NCBI GenBank assembly: GCA_951406725.2
Contig: OX597814.1
Coordinates: 42,532,001-42,596,000 of the forward strand
From: Octopus vulgaris
Taxonomy: Eukaryota
DNA: 64,000 nucleotides
Direction: 5' to 3'
Position 1 is the stretch's first letter; each line of letters begins with the position of its first letter. A model generated the notes under the pieces. That model saw nothing but the letters and a program-made list of their open reading frames with translations. It ran no database searches and was not told the DNA's origin. This document shows positions 13,631 to 26,529 of the stretch, one piece after another. Position numbers and translations under genes: made by a program.

Positions 13631-13718
13631 GGGGAATGTGTCTTCTAATATAGCCTCGGGTAGACCAAAGCTTTGTGACTGGACTTGGTAGACGGAAACT
13701 GAAATAAGCCCGTCGTAT
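13631..13718 (+). mobile_element. SINE family A body fragment
   Basis: gtgtcttctaatatagcctcgggtagaccaaagc...gacggaaactgaaataagcccgtcg matches 9825-9903. Confidence 0.8.
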
Positions 13719-13719
13719 A

Positions 13720-13779
<60 letters not shown>

Positions 13780-13796
13780 TATATATATATACGAAT

Positions 13797-13890
13797 CTAT
13801 AGTAGAAGACAATTGCGCAAGGTTCCCTGCAGTGGGACTCAATGCAGGACCATGTGGTTGGTATGCAAACTCGCTAGCCACGACACACAT
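13797..13890 (-). mobile_element. SINE family A head fragment
   Basis: Reverse complement matches 9757-9840. Confidence 0.7.
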
Positions 13891-13942
13891 GTTTCTCTCC
13901 TTTTTTCTCTCCTTCTGCCTCTCCTTGTTTCTTTCTGTGTTC

Positions 13943-13979
13943 CTTTTCTGTGGAAGAGCGTAGACTCGAAACGTTAAAG
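13943..13979 (+). ncRNA. Degraded minimal type-I hammerhead in a PLE-type terminal repeat (about 13890-14062)
   Basis: CUUUU-CUGUGGA-A-GAGCGUAGACUC-GAAA-CG-UU-AAAG. Same layout as 62930-62964, with a mutated core. Confidence 0.45.
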
Positions 13980-14061
13980 ACTGTTTCAATTCCCGAACGT
14001 TGTACTAATATTGTTTTCTACACCACCTGTCTTCGTGTTTTTTTTTTACGTGAATACTCCC

Positions 14062-14094
<33 letters not shown>

Positions 14095-14099
14095 GAAAT

Positions 14100-14885
14100 A
14101 AAAGACAGAAGATGGAATATACGAGAATATATTATTAATCACAACAATTGTTTCGACACACCTAGCATCGACTCCGATTGTGGGACACACAAAAACTGGT
14201 TCAGGATTATCCGGTGGTGCAGACGTATCTCGTCGGATGATAAATAAAGAAATAAAATCTCGTTAAAATGACTGTTCCATAATGCAACTTTCCGTTTTAT
14301 AGAGAGAAAAACAACCAGACGGAGGAAAATTCTTCATATATATAGAAGATCCAAAAGTAAAATTGCAGAAGACAAAAAGAGAAACGAACAGTTAATCCAA
14401 AGAGAAAAGTATTGAAAATAAACGTTAACCGACATGAATGTATAAACGCCTTCGGGTAAGCAGCATGGCACGAGTACACATGCTCATACATGCATTAGCA
14501 AAAGTGTGAGCATACGCACACGTGAGGTTAGGCGCACTAATAATTACAAAGCGAGTTATATATTTAGTAGGCGTTTAGAAAAAACGGGGAGGTTTAAAGT
14601 AAATTTAAGTCATCTATACCTGAAAGTAAAATAATATATACCTGAAAGTAAAATAAAGTAAAATTACATTAAGTTAACAGTTACTCAAAATTCATTCTCA
14701 CTGCATTGTGCGAATGTACATCTATATGCGTTTAGGCACCTCGATAGTCTATCAAAACTTCTATTAAGTATCTTTACATTAGTCCAGGTTTCTCTCGCCG
14801 TTTTTCCTTTCTCGCTCCATTTTTGTTCTCTTAATCTTTTCTTTTGAAAAGTGTAGTCATGAAACTTAAAAGTCTTCCCCACACC
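14100..14885 (-). mobile_element. Probable Penelope-like 3' remnant (endonuclease end + pLTR)
   Basis: ORF 14685-14882 KKRLREQK...VKILNRS...RC..AQCSENEF weakly resembles a GIY-YIG C-terminal half. An HHR lies downstream on the same strand. Confidence 0.4.
14138..14241 (-). ncRNA. Type-I hammerhead, one core substitution
   Basis: AUCAU-CCGACGA-GAUAC...GUGUC-GAAA-C-AAUU-G-UU-GUGAU: 5-bp helix I, 5-bp helix II, palindromic helix III loop. Confidence 0.6.
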
Positions 14886-15660
14886 CGAGGGTTATACTAA
14901 TACACCTGCTTGTTGTTCCTGCATCTGTCTTCGCCTTTGGTTGTCTGTAAATTTGAACTGCGTGTGTGTAAGAGAGAAGGGGTATGTGTGTGTGTGTGTT
15001 TGTGCGTGTGTGTGTGCATGCGCAGTGTGTGTGTGTGATGGTTTTTCCTCTTGATGATGAAGTATGGATGTTCACTTTTTGCTGAACTATTTGCACGACT
15101 GTTTTAAGTGATGAAATTTGTGTGTGTACGCTAGCTAACCCCTACATCAAATCAAAATTGCCTGTGCATGGCCACAAGTGTAGAACATTTTCCATGTGAA
15201 AAATTATCGCAGACAAACGTGAAATGAAATTCTTTGCTCAAGAATAGAAAGTGTACGCACACTCTCACACACACAAAACATATGTCCAGAAATACATATG
15301 TATATCCGTATATGTGTATCTGAATATATATTCCACAACTCAATATTTTAAGGACTTTGAGCGAATTTTGTTTTTCACATTTATATTCATATTAACAGAT
15401 TTCGATGGTATATCCAACGGACACTGAATCTTTCTAGTAGTGTTGACAACAGATTTTATCTCAGTCGTTATTTATATGTGCTGCTAAATCATTAGTATTT
15501 CAACATAATATCATACCTTGTTTGTTTTAAAGTACATTCTTTATTTCACAATACTTCGTATTTCATAAAGTTAATAATTGTTAAATATATAACAATCTTC
15601 TCTCCAAAATTTTCCATAATCTCCGTTAAAAAATTACGTCATCAACATTATTATGTTCAA

Positions 15661-15732
<72 letters not shown>

Positions 15733-15733
<1 letters not shown>

Positions 15734-16259
15734 GAGTGAGAGATCCATTTAAAAGTAACACTGGGGTAAAATATACGAAGCCCAGTATATACATCATGAC
15801 TACCTGTCTGATAAGGGTACACCAGGCACATGCATCACAACCATGTGTGCGTGACATGGTGATCTCATATCAAGATAAACAGTGCATTACACTGCAGGTG
15901 TGACCCAGTTAGAATTTTCTTCTGGTCGAGTAGCCCATACTCGCTCAAAAGGTCCCTGAATAACGATTGTTTAGGATATTGAATGGACCACCCATGGTTC
16001 TAAACGTGAATTACCCAAACCTCTAAGAATTCCTTTCAACACACAGCTATGATTCTACCCCACTACTTCCGCTCATGATCAGAGATGCACATATCGTCAG
16101 ACACAAAGGAATATGCTCAACTGGCTAAGGTCAAACAACTGACGAGCAAATCTGTGGTATTGAACATAATATATGCTGTAGCCCGTCTATTATACCAAGT
16201 CAAAACAATGTACATGATAACACTTCCAATCAGTTAAGAGCAGAAGCCATGAGAGCCAC

Positions 16260-16261
<2 letters not shown>
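15733..16261. repeat. Unclassified ~530-bp insert between two (ATT)n tracts
   Basis: Complex sequence with sharp boundaries, flanked by (ATT)n at 15662-15732 and 16262-16299. Confidence 0.45.
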
Positions 16262-16299
<38 letters not shown>

Positions 16300-16559
16300 G
16301 TTGTTGTTGTTGTTGGTGTTGTTGTCATTGCTGTTGTTTTTGTTGTTGTTGCTGTTGTCGTCGTCGTCGTCATCATCATCATCATCATGCAGTAATCGTA
16401 ATGTTATTGCATACTATTCATTACCTAATGTTGTTCTATGGGATTTGTATATGTGAAGTGATTGTATTTAGTCATATTTAGTCTATTGTAATATATATAT
16501 ATATATATATATTTATTTCTATTGCCATGCCTTGCATCGTTGTTATCTGTACGTTATGC

Positions 16560-16850
16560 ATACTTGTAATCCCCGTTGTTTTGGTGCTTATTGCTTCCAT
16601 GTAGTTTGATACAATCTAAGATATCTATCATTAGAGATGCAGGGTCAGTTTTCAGGTTCTGCGGAGATTTTTCCGTTTGTAAAATTCTCCAATTCTTGAG
16701 GTGATGCGTTATCAACTGTTAATGTTGATATGTCCATTAAGAGTCATTTGTTCTCCTGCTGCCCATTCACAACAGTAGCACCTCGAATCACCTTAATTTT
16801 CCTGTATCTGTGCATTGGCATATCCATGAATCTGGCTGCATTGGCATTGT
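16560..16850 (-). mobile_element. Restriction-like endonuclease fragment of a Dong/R4-type element
   Basis: DMPMH..RKIK...VVNGQQENK*LLMDISTLTVDNASPQELE resembles WD.P..TDR.I..RPDIV...C.LID.S.P.D.N...KE.EK. Confidence 0.55.
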
Positions 16851-17084
16851 TGGTGTATTATAAATAATGCGGCTAAAGACAGATAGCTAACAGAAACCTT
16901 AATGGCTGTAAACAACGCTTTGTAACATCTTGTCAGTCTAAACGTTCTAAGCTTACATTTCACCGAGGCGGACTTTCAGCTAAGAAACACCCCCTCACCC
17001 CGCAATTTCAGTTCTTGTGCCAAAAGAAGTTTAGAACTGTAAAAGAATATGTTGTTATGAATATTTTTATTATTAAGTCTGTGA

Positions 17085-17232
17085 TATGGCAGAATCGTTA
17101 GCATGACGAGTATGCTCCATAATGGTTATTCGTCCAACTTTACCTTCTGGGTTCAAATTGCGCCCGATGTCAATTTGCCATTCATCATTTCGGGGACAAT
17201 GAAATAAGTTGAAGTTGAGCACTGGGATAGAT
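17085..17232 (+). mobile_element. SINE family B, old diverged copy
   Basis: tggcagaatcgttagcatg...gttcaaattgcgcc...ttgccattcatcatttcgggg... Confidence 0.7.
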
Positions 17233-17289
17233 TTATTATCATTGTTGTTGTTATTGTTGTTGTTGTTATTATTATTATTATTATTATTA

Positions 17290-17375
<86 letters not shown>

Positions 17376-17395
17376 TGTTTGATTTGCGAAATTTA

Positions 17396-19238
17396 CCTGG
17401 ATACCAATTGGGAATCTAATTATGCCAGACTCGATCACTATCATTTTTTTTTTTCAGCAAGTATAAGGTTTTCTGACTTCTCGTTACCAGTGTTTTCAAA
17501 ACAATTCTTTCCGCTTGTGACAGCGGATAAATTGAAATAGCCCTTGAGCTAGTTTCTTCTTGTCGAAATTCTTAGTGCCTGGGCAGAAACTCAGTCCAAG
17601 CTCCAAGACTGAGACATCGTCGGGCCAAAGTTTTAGCGTAGATAAATTCATGACCGACATATTTTTATATGGGAAGGATTTTCTCGAGCAAGTGGTTTTC
17701 AGAGTCTTACTTTCATTAGCTTTCTGACTACTTTTGGGGCTTTGCTCGAAATCTTCACTTAAAACAAGGAACCTATTCGGCGATACAATTTGTTGTCAAT
17801 GTTCCTGTGAGAACCTATAATGTTTAGTCGTTTTTCTAGAGGTAATCCATTTTTGGGCTAGTGATAGAACGCGAGTGACTTTTGTAGTTTTTGTAGACAT
17901 TTGAAAAACTTTTACTTTCGGAATAGGAACAAATTTATTGTTTTCAAGGCAGAATCTTAAATGTGCTCACATTTTTGACCGATCAAATAAAATCTTCATT
18001 GGAGCGTTTCCTATGACCAGTTCAAATGCATACACCAGGGCAAAACGGCCACAATCATATGCGCCGACTTGGGGATTAACTATATGAACTTGATGAACTG
18101 TAGGAGTAATGATTATTTGTAGTGAGTATAACATTGTTATTTGTGCTCTTAATTCCTGCGAAACTGGTAAGTTCAAATTGTAATAAATATAAACATCGTC
18201 GAAAAAATTGGTCGACAAAACAAAATAATTGTTCCTGAAGCGATGAATGAACAGTGTGCGGTGTGGACTATATGTTAGAAATTTCGTGAGAGAGAAAATG
18301 GAATGGTTGGTTGTATTGGAATCTCAAGAAAATTTTCCGATACAATTTTCAACCCGGCGTCAATGAGTTTATCACTTAACATTTGTCCCGAAATTAGAAA
18401 CGACTTCTCATATTTCAAAGCAAATGTTCTCAACCAAAATGTCCCCTTGCCCACTGGTTTAGGAGAATGGGAATTCAGCTTTTTCAGTTTCTTTTCTTTT
18501 TTTTATTGTCAGAGCCGAAACTTCCTTTTTGTCAAAGTTCATCAAACAGTTACACAAAATCTTCAAACGATTATTAGAACATACCTTCTCAAGGATACTC
18601 AAAATATCCTTAATGTCTGTATCAGGCACTATTAATTTTGAACGATAGTGTTCGATAAGAACTTCCATTATGTTAAATTAATTGCTCTCACCAATTAATT
18701 TAAACCTTTGAAGCAATAAATCGTCAGGCTTTCTTGCATACATTGGTATATCTGATGTAAGACCTCCGGTATATGGCTCTTGATTTTAGCAAGTAAACGA
18801 TTAAGCGACTTCACTGATACAAATGTCCATCTCTCAATTTCTGATTCATATTTGATTGGTACAATTCCATTGGCCCAGGATTCGGCTCGACACCGGAGTC
18901 GAGCGAAACAAACAGGGCTGACAAGACAACTGTAAGAAGGAATAAAACGCAAAAGCTATAATTTATTTTACGATTTTCCTTAGACACCAGGCTACTTTTT
19001 TTATCTTCCAGAATTTATTTATGATTCAATTCTTATTCTGTGTACCATGAAATCAATCATCTCAATATACTTGATTTTGATATTTCAAAAGGATTGACGT
19101 AACTCATCACAAAAAAACCGGTAACAAGAGGTCAGAAAATCCTGTGCTTACTGAAAATTTGGGTTTTCAATAAAATAAAAATGATGGTAACCGAATCTGG
19201 CATACTTGGATTGAAAAGAATCCCAATTGGTAACCAGA
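17396..19238. mobile_element. TA-flanked DNA element with ~100-130 bp imperfect TIRs
   Basis: TA|CCTGGATACCAATTGGGAAT...TATGCCAGACTCG...TTTTCTGACTTCTCGTTACC at left. Reverse complement GGTAACAAGAGGTCAGAAAA...CGAATCTGGCATA...TCCCAATTGGTAACCAGA|TA at right. Confidence 0.75.
17900..18640 (-). pseudogene. Ulp1/SENP-like (C48) cysteine protease pseudogene inside the TIR element
   Basis: GQMLSDKLIDAG...NNYFVLSTN..DDVYIYYNL...PQVGAYDCGRFALVYAFELVIGNAPMKILFDRSKM*AHLRFCLE. The Q-x(4)-DCG-xFA and FD...M.AHL..C motifs match transposon-borne C48 proteases. The expected catalytic His reads Tyr. Confidence 0.68.
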
Positions 19239-19240
19239 TA

Positions 19241-21270
19241 ATGTTCGGGATAGACGTACGCGAGGACTACTGGAATTTCTTGAATCCTGTCAGGCAGGCA
19301 TTAGAGAAAGGCTTAAAACAAGTGGAAAGAAATCCTGGAATAACCTCACAAAAATCCCACCGTTAAGCACTCCGAAGTTAAATGACAAAACTTCGTAAGA
19401 AGAATTACCTGTCGAACCAAGCCCAAAATACAGAGAGGAACTAGCCTAAATAAATCTGGAAATGGGGGAAAACAATTTCATTAATAAGGCCGAATGCAGT
19501 ATTTTATAGTCATGAAGATTAACACCTGTATTTTATGGTCTCCCTAAAATGCACAAAAATGTTCGAAAGATTTCCTCCAATGCGCCCAGTTTGTAGCGGA
19601 TATGAATGTTGTACGGCCAAGATTTCGGAATGGTTGGATGTCTTTTTACTCTTTGTCGCAAAAAAGATCAACTTCCTATATTCGGGATACTTTTGATTTT
19701 GTGTCTAAAATCAACAACATTTTTAAGCACCGAGGCCGAGAAATTATTTTGGGTAACCATGTATGTTTCTTCCTTAAATCCTAATATTTTCCACGATGAA
19801 TGGGTAGAAGCATGCATGGATGCCTTCCAAAAGCGTTCAAACAAAAGTATTCCAACAACTTTTCTCTGTAGATTATTGTGGTTTGTGATACGAAGTAACA
19901 CAATGAAATTTAGACAAAGATTATACCACCGGAGTTAGGGTTACGCCATGCATACCCCCATGGCATTTAATTTCATTAAGGTATTCATGATGAAATTCGA
20001 GACAGTTACTGAAGACAATCAAATCCCTTTATGGTTATGAACTCTGGTTACGGTTCATTAATGATCTATTTTTTTTTTGTCTGGAAAGGATCACAGGATA
20101 GTTTAATGGACTTCTAGCATTTCTGTGACTGTTATGCTAAAAACTATTGCATTAAGTCCGACATAAATTTTATGTCTAGTTTTTCAAAATCTAGCGTTGA
20201 TTTTTTGGACATAATAATTAAGTTCTCTAGCGGCAGAATAGTGACAGAATTAGTTTGCAAGCCCACGTAATCTCACATTTATCTCTACCGCAGCTCAATC
20301 ATCCACATCATATTATTCGGTGAAATACGAAATTCTAATTTTTTGAGATAAAACGGATTTGTACTTTTACTGGGGATTACTGGAAGCATGCAAATGCTTT
20401 TGTACATCTTTATGTCAAACGCGGTTAGAGTAAATCACAATTAAAGGGAATAGCAAATAGAATAGCTACAATTAGCAAAGATAGTCAAACATTCACGCAT
20501 AATTTTAGCAAACACAATACAATAGATGACAATATTCCTTTAGTGATTAACTAGCACCGAGATTTAGCTGTCATTTCGAAAATGTTGCCTGAAAGTTACC
20601 AGCATGTGGTGAAAAAATATCCTCGCTTCAAACAGGTATTTCCTCAACCGCCAATTCTATCCTTTAGACGGAATAAGATTATAAGAATATTATTGACCTC
20701 TATTTCTGACTCCAAGGAAACGAACACGGCAGTGTCGGCACGCTGTAACTTGAAAAACAGCCGCAAGAGAGGTAAGCTCTGTTCATTGTGCAAGTGAATT
20801 TTATCATGTATCATAAGAGAAATGTTATGATTTATACAGAATGATGGAGATGTGGAGATTCCCATTTGGTGTACGCGGCAGAATGCACGAAACACGACTA
20901 GATTTATTTTGGCTGTACAAACAGAACAAAGAATTATTTAATGGGCACAGTCTCGACGTCACACACAATAATACTTCGAGAGAACTTGCTGTACATTTCA
21001 TTTCAAACGGCTGCAATTTTGAAAAAAAAGACTTGAAAATGCATATTCGCAGAAAATATTCTGAATCTGCGTCACATACACTTCTCAGAATGCCCGAGGG
21101 GACATATGATTACGGGTTATGAACATCACTCCCTGGAGGAATGAATAAAGCATATCTTGTGTCATGTTTAATTCTAATTGTTTTATTTCGCAGTGCCTGA
21201 TATATTTTTGCTGTTCGACAAAGCTGTGCGACTGCTCTGTAACCGATATTGTTCTTTTGTATCACCGTCA
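19241..21270 (+). mobile_element. Penelope-like retroelement (RT + Cys linker + GIY-YIG), decayed, Neptune-like
   Basis: TPVFYGLPKMHK...PPMRPVCSG; AM.TPMA; WLRFINDLFF; VDFLDIIIK...KPT; VFPQPPILSFRRNK; C...KLCSLC; ELAVHF; TSLPGGMNK. Confidence 0.88.
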
Positions 21271-22249
21271 ACATCATCATCATCATCATCATTATCAACA
21301 ACAACACCTCCACAACCATCATCGTGTTGGCCGTCGTCGTACTACTACTCCTTCAATTTGTTATCATTATCATTATCAGCATTACTATTACCATTATTTT
21401 TATTGAATAAAATATATGCGTGTCCAAAGGTATTTGACCTATTCTCCTGCACTGGAACGTGAGAAGACCTTTCGATGCGGAAAAAGTCACCGACGTTCAC
21501 ATATATATATGTAAGTACAATAGATATACACAGACACAAATATCTTTATACACATGCACATACTTATGCTGTAAACAAAATATCCAGTAAGTATCACAAT
21601 TATGCTAATCGGATGAACGCATTAGGATCGAAATATATACCATTTTCAATACTGTGACACAGAAAATGCCAATGCGTAATAGCGACTTGCATCTATCATA
21701 ATAATAGCAGCGCATCTCGATGTATTTAATAAAGTGTTGAAAACATTGTTTGTACAAATAGATCCTAAGTATTATTTTAATTTCAAAGTGATACTGAATA
21801 GAATAATAAAATTAGCTCAGCATGAAATATGTAGGTAAATTCTATAAAATGGAAGCGGCTTTTTGTAAAGATAATAATGTAGATATGTTTTATCTCAATA
21901 CACCGCTAATTTTTAAATCGGATGCTGTTTCACGAAACTAAAATTTTATCTCTTTTATATGAATATACATTTTTATAATTAAACAGTTGTGTTACACTAT
22001 AAAACAGTGCTTGAATTTCAGAAACAATTTATAGTTCAACGTGGACATAATAGAAATTAGCTATTTTCTCAACGAAGATATACGGAGATATATTCCTAAT
22101 CAAGTCTATTTTATTGCATTACAATTCTTCCAATTGTCCAAATGAAAATTATCTCTTATAATATAACCCATCATAATCAATACTTACATGTACTTATACA
22201 TAAATACACACATAAATATATCTGCAGTTACTCTATCAAGAATGCAAGT

Positions 22250-22610
22250 TCATGTGTATACCTGTAACTATTGAGGCACTGGGATATGTAACATACTGCC
22301 TAAATACCAATCTAGAGATATTAGGCTTCTCAAAACCCGAGAAGAGAATGCTGATTAAAGGACGACAGATCCAAGGCATCAATGGAAATGTAAAATTCTG
22401 TAAAACTTTCTAAAAGTTTATTATTTAGCATGTCTAGATATGCAAATATATGCATCAGTAGGCATATATAAAAGAAAACATAAAGATCTGCACGTATACA
22501 TATCTACAAAACTACCATGTTGATGCTGTTGAAATTTCAATCAAGGAGCCTCAGACCTATATTAGAAGACGGGATTTGAAATAAAACTGAATACACTGAA
22601 TAATTACATA
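22250..22610 (+). mobile_element. RLE-type non-LTR element 3' end
   Basis: PVTIEALGYVTYCLNTNLEILGF...VKFCKTF resembles the P..+GALG C-terminus of RLE ORFs. Followed by a short 3' UTR. Confidence 0.55.
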
Positions 22611-22734
22611 CATACGTTCGTACATACATACATACATGAATATACCTCTATACATACATAAATACATATATACATTCACGCAAACTAAACATGAAATAAA
22701 GCAATATTTATTTTCATACACATCCCTAATAATT

Positions 22735-22938
22735 ATTTAAATTTTTGCACAAAGACAACAATTTCGAGGGACGGGAGGAGTCGATTTTATCAACCGCAGG
22801 ACTAATCTTGCATCTCCCAGAATTAACTTGAAAGGATGAAAGGTAGAGCAGACCTTTAAAATCACAACGTGAGGATGGATGAAATACCGGCAAGCACTAC
22901 GGCCGTCGTGCTAACGATTCTGCCAGCACGCAGTCTTA
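22735..22938 (-). mobile_element. SINE family B, old diverged copy
   Basis: Ends ...cgtgctaacgattctgccagc, the reverse complement of the family-B head. Contains gaaaggatgaaagg. Confidence 0.7.
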
Positions 22939-23329
22939 ATCAGAGCTCTACTGTTATTTTACATTTTTCTTGCAGAGATTCACTTTCTTCCCAACATTTT
23001 AAAAGATGCATTGTCAGTAACAATCATATTTAGACTTATTATACAAAACTAGAAAGGTCATATCATTTTCTAATCTTCAATAAACTACAGATTCATTCCA
23101 CCCACTTGAAATCGTGGTCTGCAAATCGCTAGCGACAGATTATATGGAGACAAAAATCTTATTTTCAACTAAGTCTTCTATATTGGATAATATTTTTAGA
23201 TTTCAATAAGAATATGCTGCTGAAATTTACTGAATGGGAAAGTTATAATATTATACGATAAGGTATAACAGAATATCATAAGGAATATATAATATTATAT
23301 AATATTATATGGCATAGATTTTTATGGCT

Positions 23330-23465
23330 TTACTTGTTTCGGTAATGTGACTGCGATCATCCTGGAGCACCGCATTTAGTAGAAGAGATTGATCCTAGGA
23401 TATTTTCTTTGTAACACAAGTTCTTATTATAATGGAGTGTTTTGCCTAAGGGCTAAATTATGTGG
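23330..23465 (-). mobile_element. SINE family A tail, degraded
   Basis: tttacttgtttcggtaatgtgactgcgatcatcctggagcaccgc is the reverse complement of the family-A tail. Confidence 0.7.
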
Positions 23466-24024
23466 ACATATATATATATATATATATATATGCATATGTA
23501 TATGCATATGTATATGTATATGTATATGTATGTATGTATATAGAAGAAATGACTTCTTTGAAACGTTGGTTTGCATCAATTTTGCAGTCTGGGTCACATC
23601 AGTGCATTTATACTTTTTTGGGGGGCTCGCTAACGATAAAACTAAAAATGTGTCAGTAGGGGAAGTTAAAGTATGGATAGTGATGAATTGAATTACATTA
23701 GGTGTAAGAGAGAGGTTTGTTGCGGGAAGAAGAAAGGGAGATATATATATACGAAGGCTGAAATATCTAGGAGTCGAAAGGTGATTTTGGTAGCGAGTTT
23801 GATCAGGATGCGTATACACACATATGCACACAAACTTTCGCTCGAACATGCACACACACCGGTTGCGTTGTCCATCCACCCATACGGTCAGTCTTGGGAC
23901 GTTGTTCGTATAATTTATATTTAGAAGGTAATCTCACGAGTAGTGTATCGTCACTCTCCCCTAAAGACTGGAGTAGTTCGCAGAAAATCTGACTTCCATA
24001 TCACCCCTACATCCATATATATAT

Positions 24025-24452
24025 TTATATACATATTAGAGGGAAACCACTATGTGGACATACTTATGCAAGAAATAGATCCGCTATGGTCTCACCACTA
24101 AGAAATGTTCTCACCAAAAAATTTAGCAAAACAACCAAAACGTAATCAAGCAAGACAAAAGAAAAAGCAATAAAAATATGGATTATTCGCATACATGTTT
24201 CACTATTACCATATCACGAGTCTAGCTCGATTACGTTTTGGTTGTTTTGCTAAATTTGTGTTGAGAAAATTTCTTATTGGTAAGATCCATAGCGGATCTA
24301 TTTCTAGCATATGGGTGTCCACATAGTGGTTTCTCTCTAACATGTATATAATACAATTTTACTGAAACTTCAGTTTTATTATATGCTAGACCACTGGTGT
24401 GAAATCGATGTTAATTAAATTAATATCAAATTTCTCACCCTCATTTTAAATC
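24025..24452. mobile_element. Inverted pLTR-like element: ~130-bp arms plus structured 3' terminus
   Basis: Arms 24025-24156 and 24220-24349 are reverse complements. The spacer holds GAAACAUGUA (HHR 3' half, minus strand). The right copy continues into the CTAGACCACTGG...ACCCTCA terminus. Confidence 0.7.
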
Positions 24453-24455
24453 AAA

Positions 24456-25017
<562 letters not shown>

Positions 25018-25869
25018 GATACTTTGATAGGTTTCGGCCATTATTGGCCCAGGCCATGTCTAACTTAATAGCACCACCTGGTGAAGTCTTTCAAGTCAGA
25101 ATTTGGGCACTATGGCCCACTCAAGTAGAGAGTTATTGTTTACAGAGACATATCCGGGTGTAGGGGGTTTATCCGGGATTTCTTGAAGGAATCTGTCCAA
25201 AGACTTCTTGAACCCTATAGGGTCAGTTTCTGTTTTAATGTGTTTTGGTGTAATGTTAAAGAGAGCGGGGCCAATTGAGGTGAAATAATTGTGCCGTATG
25301 GTTGTTATGAGATGAGAGTGCGATTTTTGTTTTGGGCGGATGGCACGGGACCCAAGCCTTGGATGTACCTTAAAGGTGATGCCAACATCATTTGGGCAAT
25401 GCTGATGGAATATTTTCCACATCATGCAGATGATGTAGCGCTCACGACGACGTTGGAGAGAATAGAGTTTTAGCTTTTCTAGCCGACCCCAATAGTCGAG
25501 GCCTGTCATACCATCTATCTTTTTTGTGATTGCCCTTTGACGTGCTTCAACTTTTATGATACCTTGTATTGTGTGGGGAGACCACAGTGGACAACAGTAT
25601 TCAAGGTGGGGTCGGGCAAAAATGGAGAAGAGAAGGATAATGGTGTGGATATCTCTCGACTGGAAAGTTCTGAGAATCCAGGAACACATTCTGCGGGCCA
25701 TGTCAACTTTGGTGTTTATATGAGTGGCTCAGCTTACGTTGTTGTCCACAATTACTCCCAAGTCTCTGATGTTGTTGGACGCCGCGAGAGTTTCACCTGA
25801 AGGAAGGGAGTATGGGAGTTTCAGGGCATCCTCTTTTCCAAAGTGGATTAGCTCAAATTTATCCTCGTT
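25018..25869 (-). mobile_element. CR1-group LINE, 5'-truncated, best-preserved copy
   Basis: Open 201-aa stretch ARPHLEYCCPLWSPH...YWGRLEKLKLYSLQRRRERY, upstream IRDLGVIVDNN. Intact 3' tail. Confidence 0.92.
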
Positions 25870-25979
25870 ATATATTTATATATATATATATATATATAAC
25901 ACTTGCATACATAAACTCACACACATATACACACATACCCACATGTATTCATATATGTATCTACACGCACACACACACA

Positions 25980-26052
<73 letters not shown>

Positions 26053-26264
26053 ACACCCAAAGATATGCATATATACACTCACACACATTTGTTTGTGCGA
26101 TCCACATACATGTAGATACATGCGTGTATGCAAATACGCATACTTACCCAGCCCGCTCTACTCACCGAACACACACATGTATACGTACATCCACACTTGC
26201 TTCCTCGCACACATACATCTTCTGGCGACCCAATTAGAGCTACGGATCACTACAACCAATAACT

Positions 26265-26417
26265 ATTTACATTATTTACATTATTTACAGTTGACAGATC
26301 TTTGTCCTCATCTTGTTGTTAACAAAACGTGTTGGTTGATATACCCTCCAGCCTTCATCGGGAGGCTTAGGGGAAATTTCGAACCTGGGTCCTCATTCCT
26401 AAGGTATTTTTTGATGG

Positions 26418-26494
<77 letters not shown>

Positions 26495-26516
26495 TCACTG
26501 CCTGGAATCGAACTCG
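26265..26516 (-). mobile_element. B-box-headed repeat with (AAT)n spacer and hammerhead-like body
   Basis: Minus strand: GAGTTCGATTCC..., (AAT)n, then a body with CCGAUGA-A-GGCUG...CAACC-AACAC (mutated HHR). Confidence 0.6.
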
Positions 26517-26529
26517 TAATGTAATGCTA

